Shown here: positions 30,301 to 32,000 of the stretch, one piece after another | Layout: each line of letters begins with the position of its first letter | Position numbering within the stretch: position 1 is the stretch's first letter | DNA from: Candidatus Micrarchaeota archaeon | GTDB lineage: Archaea > Micrarchaeota > Micrarchaeia > Burarchaeales > JAKAKT01 | Direction: 5' to 3' | Assembly (NCBI GenBank): GCA_043814255.1 | Contig: JBDRKD010000103.1 | Coordinates: forward strand, 6,499-38,498 | DNA length: 32,000 nt | The notes under the pieces: model-generated | Database searches by the model: none | Seen by the model: the letters and a program-made list of their open reading frames with translations, nothing else | Told to the model about the DNA's origin: nothing | Position numbers and translations under genes: made by a program

Positions 30301-30407
30301 CAGGCTGGTATGGCTAACGCTAATATCTGCGTAGCATATACACCACCATGTTTCAGTTATGCGTTTCTATATATTTAAAACCAATAGATTGATTTTTTTG
30401 TGAAATA

Positions 30408-30430
30408 GAAATATTTATATATTATATTTC
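30408..30430. promoter_or_regulatory. AT-rich inverted repeat overlapping the TATA box of the Lrp-like regulator gene (candidate auto-operator)
   Basis: GAAATAT-ttatatatt-ATATTTC has 7-nt perfect arms and ends 13 nt before the ATG at 30443. The embedded atttatat is centred about 27 nt upstream of the ATG, implying a leaderless mRNA. Confidence 0.3.
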
Positions 30431-30442
30431 CATAATAAAAAT

Positions 30443-31465
30443 ATGGCCAGGAGCACCCCCAGAGTTCTAGATAAAAAGGACCTCAGAATACTATATGAGC
30501 TGGACCTGAATGCCCGCATATTCACCTCTCAGCTGGCAAGGAAGATTGGCCTCTCCCCACAGGTCACTGATTACAGAATCCATTCGTTGATGAGACATGG
30601 GGTCATAATTGGCTCGATGGCGCTTCTCGACATCCACCGCATCGGTTACTTCAGCTTTAGAGTTTACATGCGGTTGCAGAACATAACTCCGAAAAAAGAG
30701 GCCCATATAGTCAACTACCTGAAGAACCACCCTCTTTCTCTCTGGCTAGTAAGCACTTCTGGCAGGTGGGACATAGAGGTACTGTTCACGTGCAGAAACC
30801 CAGTCCACTTCAGCAACATCATAAAGGAAATGAAGGCAGACATCGGAAAATACATTCTTGACTACAACCTGTCTGTCTCAACAGTGAACTACCACTTCAA
30901 AAGAAGCTATCTCATGGAAGCCGAACGAACATCTTCAAAATATCCTTTTTACGGGTTCGAGCCAGAAGTCGAGATTCTGGATGAGACCGATATAAAGATT
31001 CTCGAAATACTTTCAAAAGACGCCAGAAGGAGCAATGTTGACATAGGGAAAAAGGTCGGGCTGACCTACAACGGCGTGAAAAACAGGATTGAGCGCCTTC
31101 AGAGCAGGGGCGTTATACAGGGCTATCGCATATTTATCGACTTGAAAAAGATAAGTAGGCACTACTACAAGTCCATGATAACACTGCGTAACATGGACAA
31201 GAAAATAGGGAAACGAATATTCGAATTCTGCGTCAGGAACCCAAAGGTCACCTATCTTGTTGAACTCATGGGCGAATGGGACATTGAGGTAGAGGCCGAG
31301 GTCCAAAACGAGGAGGAGTTTAGGGACATAATGATCGACTTTCGCAGTCAGTTTGGAGAGTACATTCGCGATTATGAGATACTACACGTATACCAAGAGC
31401 ACAAGATGAACTATTTTCCAATGGCTAATGAGCTTCTTAAGAGGACTAAATCTTCTCATCGATGA
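30443..31465 (+). CDS. Tandem (duplicated) Lrp/AsnC-family transcriptional regulator
   Basis: 340 aa with two HTH plus effector-domain halves. The first is LDKKDLRILYELDLNARIFTSQLARKIGLSPQVTDYRIHSLMRHGVI...GRWDIEVLF. The second is LDETDIKILEILSKDARRSNVDIGKKVGLTYNGVKNRIERLQSRGVI...GEWDIEVEA. Confidence 0.8.
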   Translation: MARSTPRVLDKKDLRILYELDLNARIFTSQLARKIGLSPQVTDYRIHSLMRHGVIIGSMALLDIHRIGYFSFRVYMRLQNITPKKEAHIVNYLKNHPLSLWLVSTSGRWDIEVLFTCRNPVHFSNIIKEMKADIGKYILDYNLSVSTVNYHFKRSYLMEAERTSSKYPFYGFEPEVEILDETDIKILEILSKDARRSNVDIGKKVGLTYNGVKNRIERLQSRGVIQGYRIFIDLKKISRHYYKSMITLRNMDKKIGKRIFEFCVRNPKVTYLVELMGEWDIEVEAEVQNEEEFRDIMIDFRSQFGEYIRDYEILHVYQEHKMNYFPMANELLKRTKSSHR

Positions 31466-32000
31466 ACTCCCTTATTGCCATCGTTGCATACGATCCAGAC
31501 GGAAGCGAGAACTCGAACGTGCACTGCCCCTCAGAGAATTCGAAATCCTTAAGTGGGCAGTACATGACCCTATGGCCACCCCTTGAACCGAGCTCTGGGA
31601 AAGACTTAAGCTTGAAATCAATGGTGCGTATTGCCTCTTCTTCAAGCACCCTGTTTTCGGATTCCCCGAGTTCACTCTCATACCCAATGATTTTTCCAAC
31701 AAGGAAGCCCATGGTGGTTCTTTGGCTTAGGTCTGGGTAACCAAATTCGTTCTCTCCGCAATAATACTCTCCGACATCCGCTCCCCCACCCATCTCAGTT
31801 TTTGATGAGAGTATCCTATTGAACAGATATGCTTGATATGCATGTACAAACATCAGTGTCAGACCACGGGGCAGTTTTCTCATAGCGTTTACATAATCGT
31901 TTGGGTTCTTTGAGAGATGCAGAAGCAACAGTCTTTCATATGTGAGGTACTTTGGAAAGTTCTCAAGCGCTTTCATGTAATCCCCACTGTTTTTCAATTC
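31446..32000 (-). CDS. truD: tRNA pseudouridine synthase D (TruD/Pus7 family), C-terminal part; the N-terminus lies beyond the right window edge
   Basis: Motifs seen are HAYQAYLFNRILS and the C-terminal FEFSLPSGSYATMAIREF, which are typical of TruD. The apparent TTG start at 31997 is only the first alternative start codon inside the window. The gene overlaps the convergent regulator gene by 20 nt. Confidence 0.8.
   Translation of the reverse strand, partial: ELKNSGDYMKALENFPKYLTYERLLLLHLSKNPNDYVNAMRKLPRGLTLMFVHAYQAYLFNRILSSKTEMGGGADVGEYYCGENEFGYPDLSQRTTMGFLVGKIIGYESELGESENRVLEEEAIRTIDFKLKSFPELGSRGGHRVMYCPLKDFEFSEGQCTFEFSLPSGSYATMAIREFIDEKI

Noticed and set aside
31995-31997. An apparent TTG start codon of truD at the very end of the window
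   Set aside because: The TruD-like sequence in the window covers only the C-terminal part of the enzyme, so the gene must continue beyond position 32000.

Overview
Archaeal chromosomal window. Evidence for archaeal origin: TATA boxes centred about 27 nt upstream of mostly leaderless or near-leaderless starts, an intron-containing tRNA, PAC2 chaperone, TruD, ThyX, FlaF/FlaG-like proteins and class III (prepilin-type) signal peptides. (1) 1..10402 on the minus strand is one giant ORF that the ORF track does not list because it has no stop inside the window. It has at least 3467 codons. It encodes a signal-peptide-bearing surface protein with a DNRLRE-like beta-sandwich region, five parallel beta-helix modules of two types, one LamG lectin domain and Ig-like spacers. 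It contains a 3.1-3.2 kb tandem coding super-repeat and a very high density of N-x-S/T sequons. The many short plus-strand ORFs at 351..8548 are antisense shadows of this gene. (2) 10462..14563: NAD(P)HX dehydratase and two membrane-anchored surface proteins. (3) 14439..16464: an AT-rich islet with a decapitated toxin-like ORF, a small wHTH gene, a tRNA-Leu(UAA) carrying two non-canonical introns (one in the T-loop), and an NlpC/P60-like papain-fold protein. (4) 17494..22169: two convergent, translationally coupled operons. One encodes coiled-coil membrane proteins plus three class III signal peptide pilin-like proteins. The other encodes an acidic protein, a MinD/ParA ATPase, and FlaF-like and FlaG-like proteins. 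No FlaH/I/J or archaellin is in the window. This is my best candidate for a non-canonical surface-filament system. (5) 22436..26574: group 3b-type sulfhydrogenase hydBGDA plus a maturation protease. (6) 26634..32000: Cys-rich anchored surface protein, triple zinc-ribbon protein, ThyX, an internally duplicated Cys-ladder protein of unknown function, a tandem Lrp/AsnC regulator and a partial TruD. No rRNA, CRISPR array, integrase or transposase was seen. All calls rest on hand translation and motif recognition only; no searches were run.
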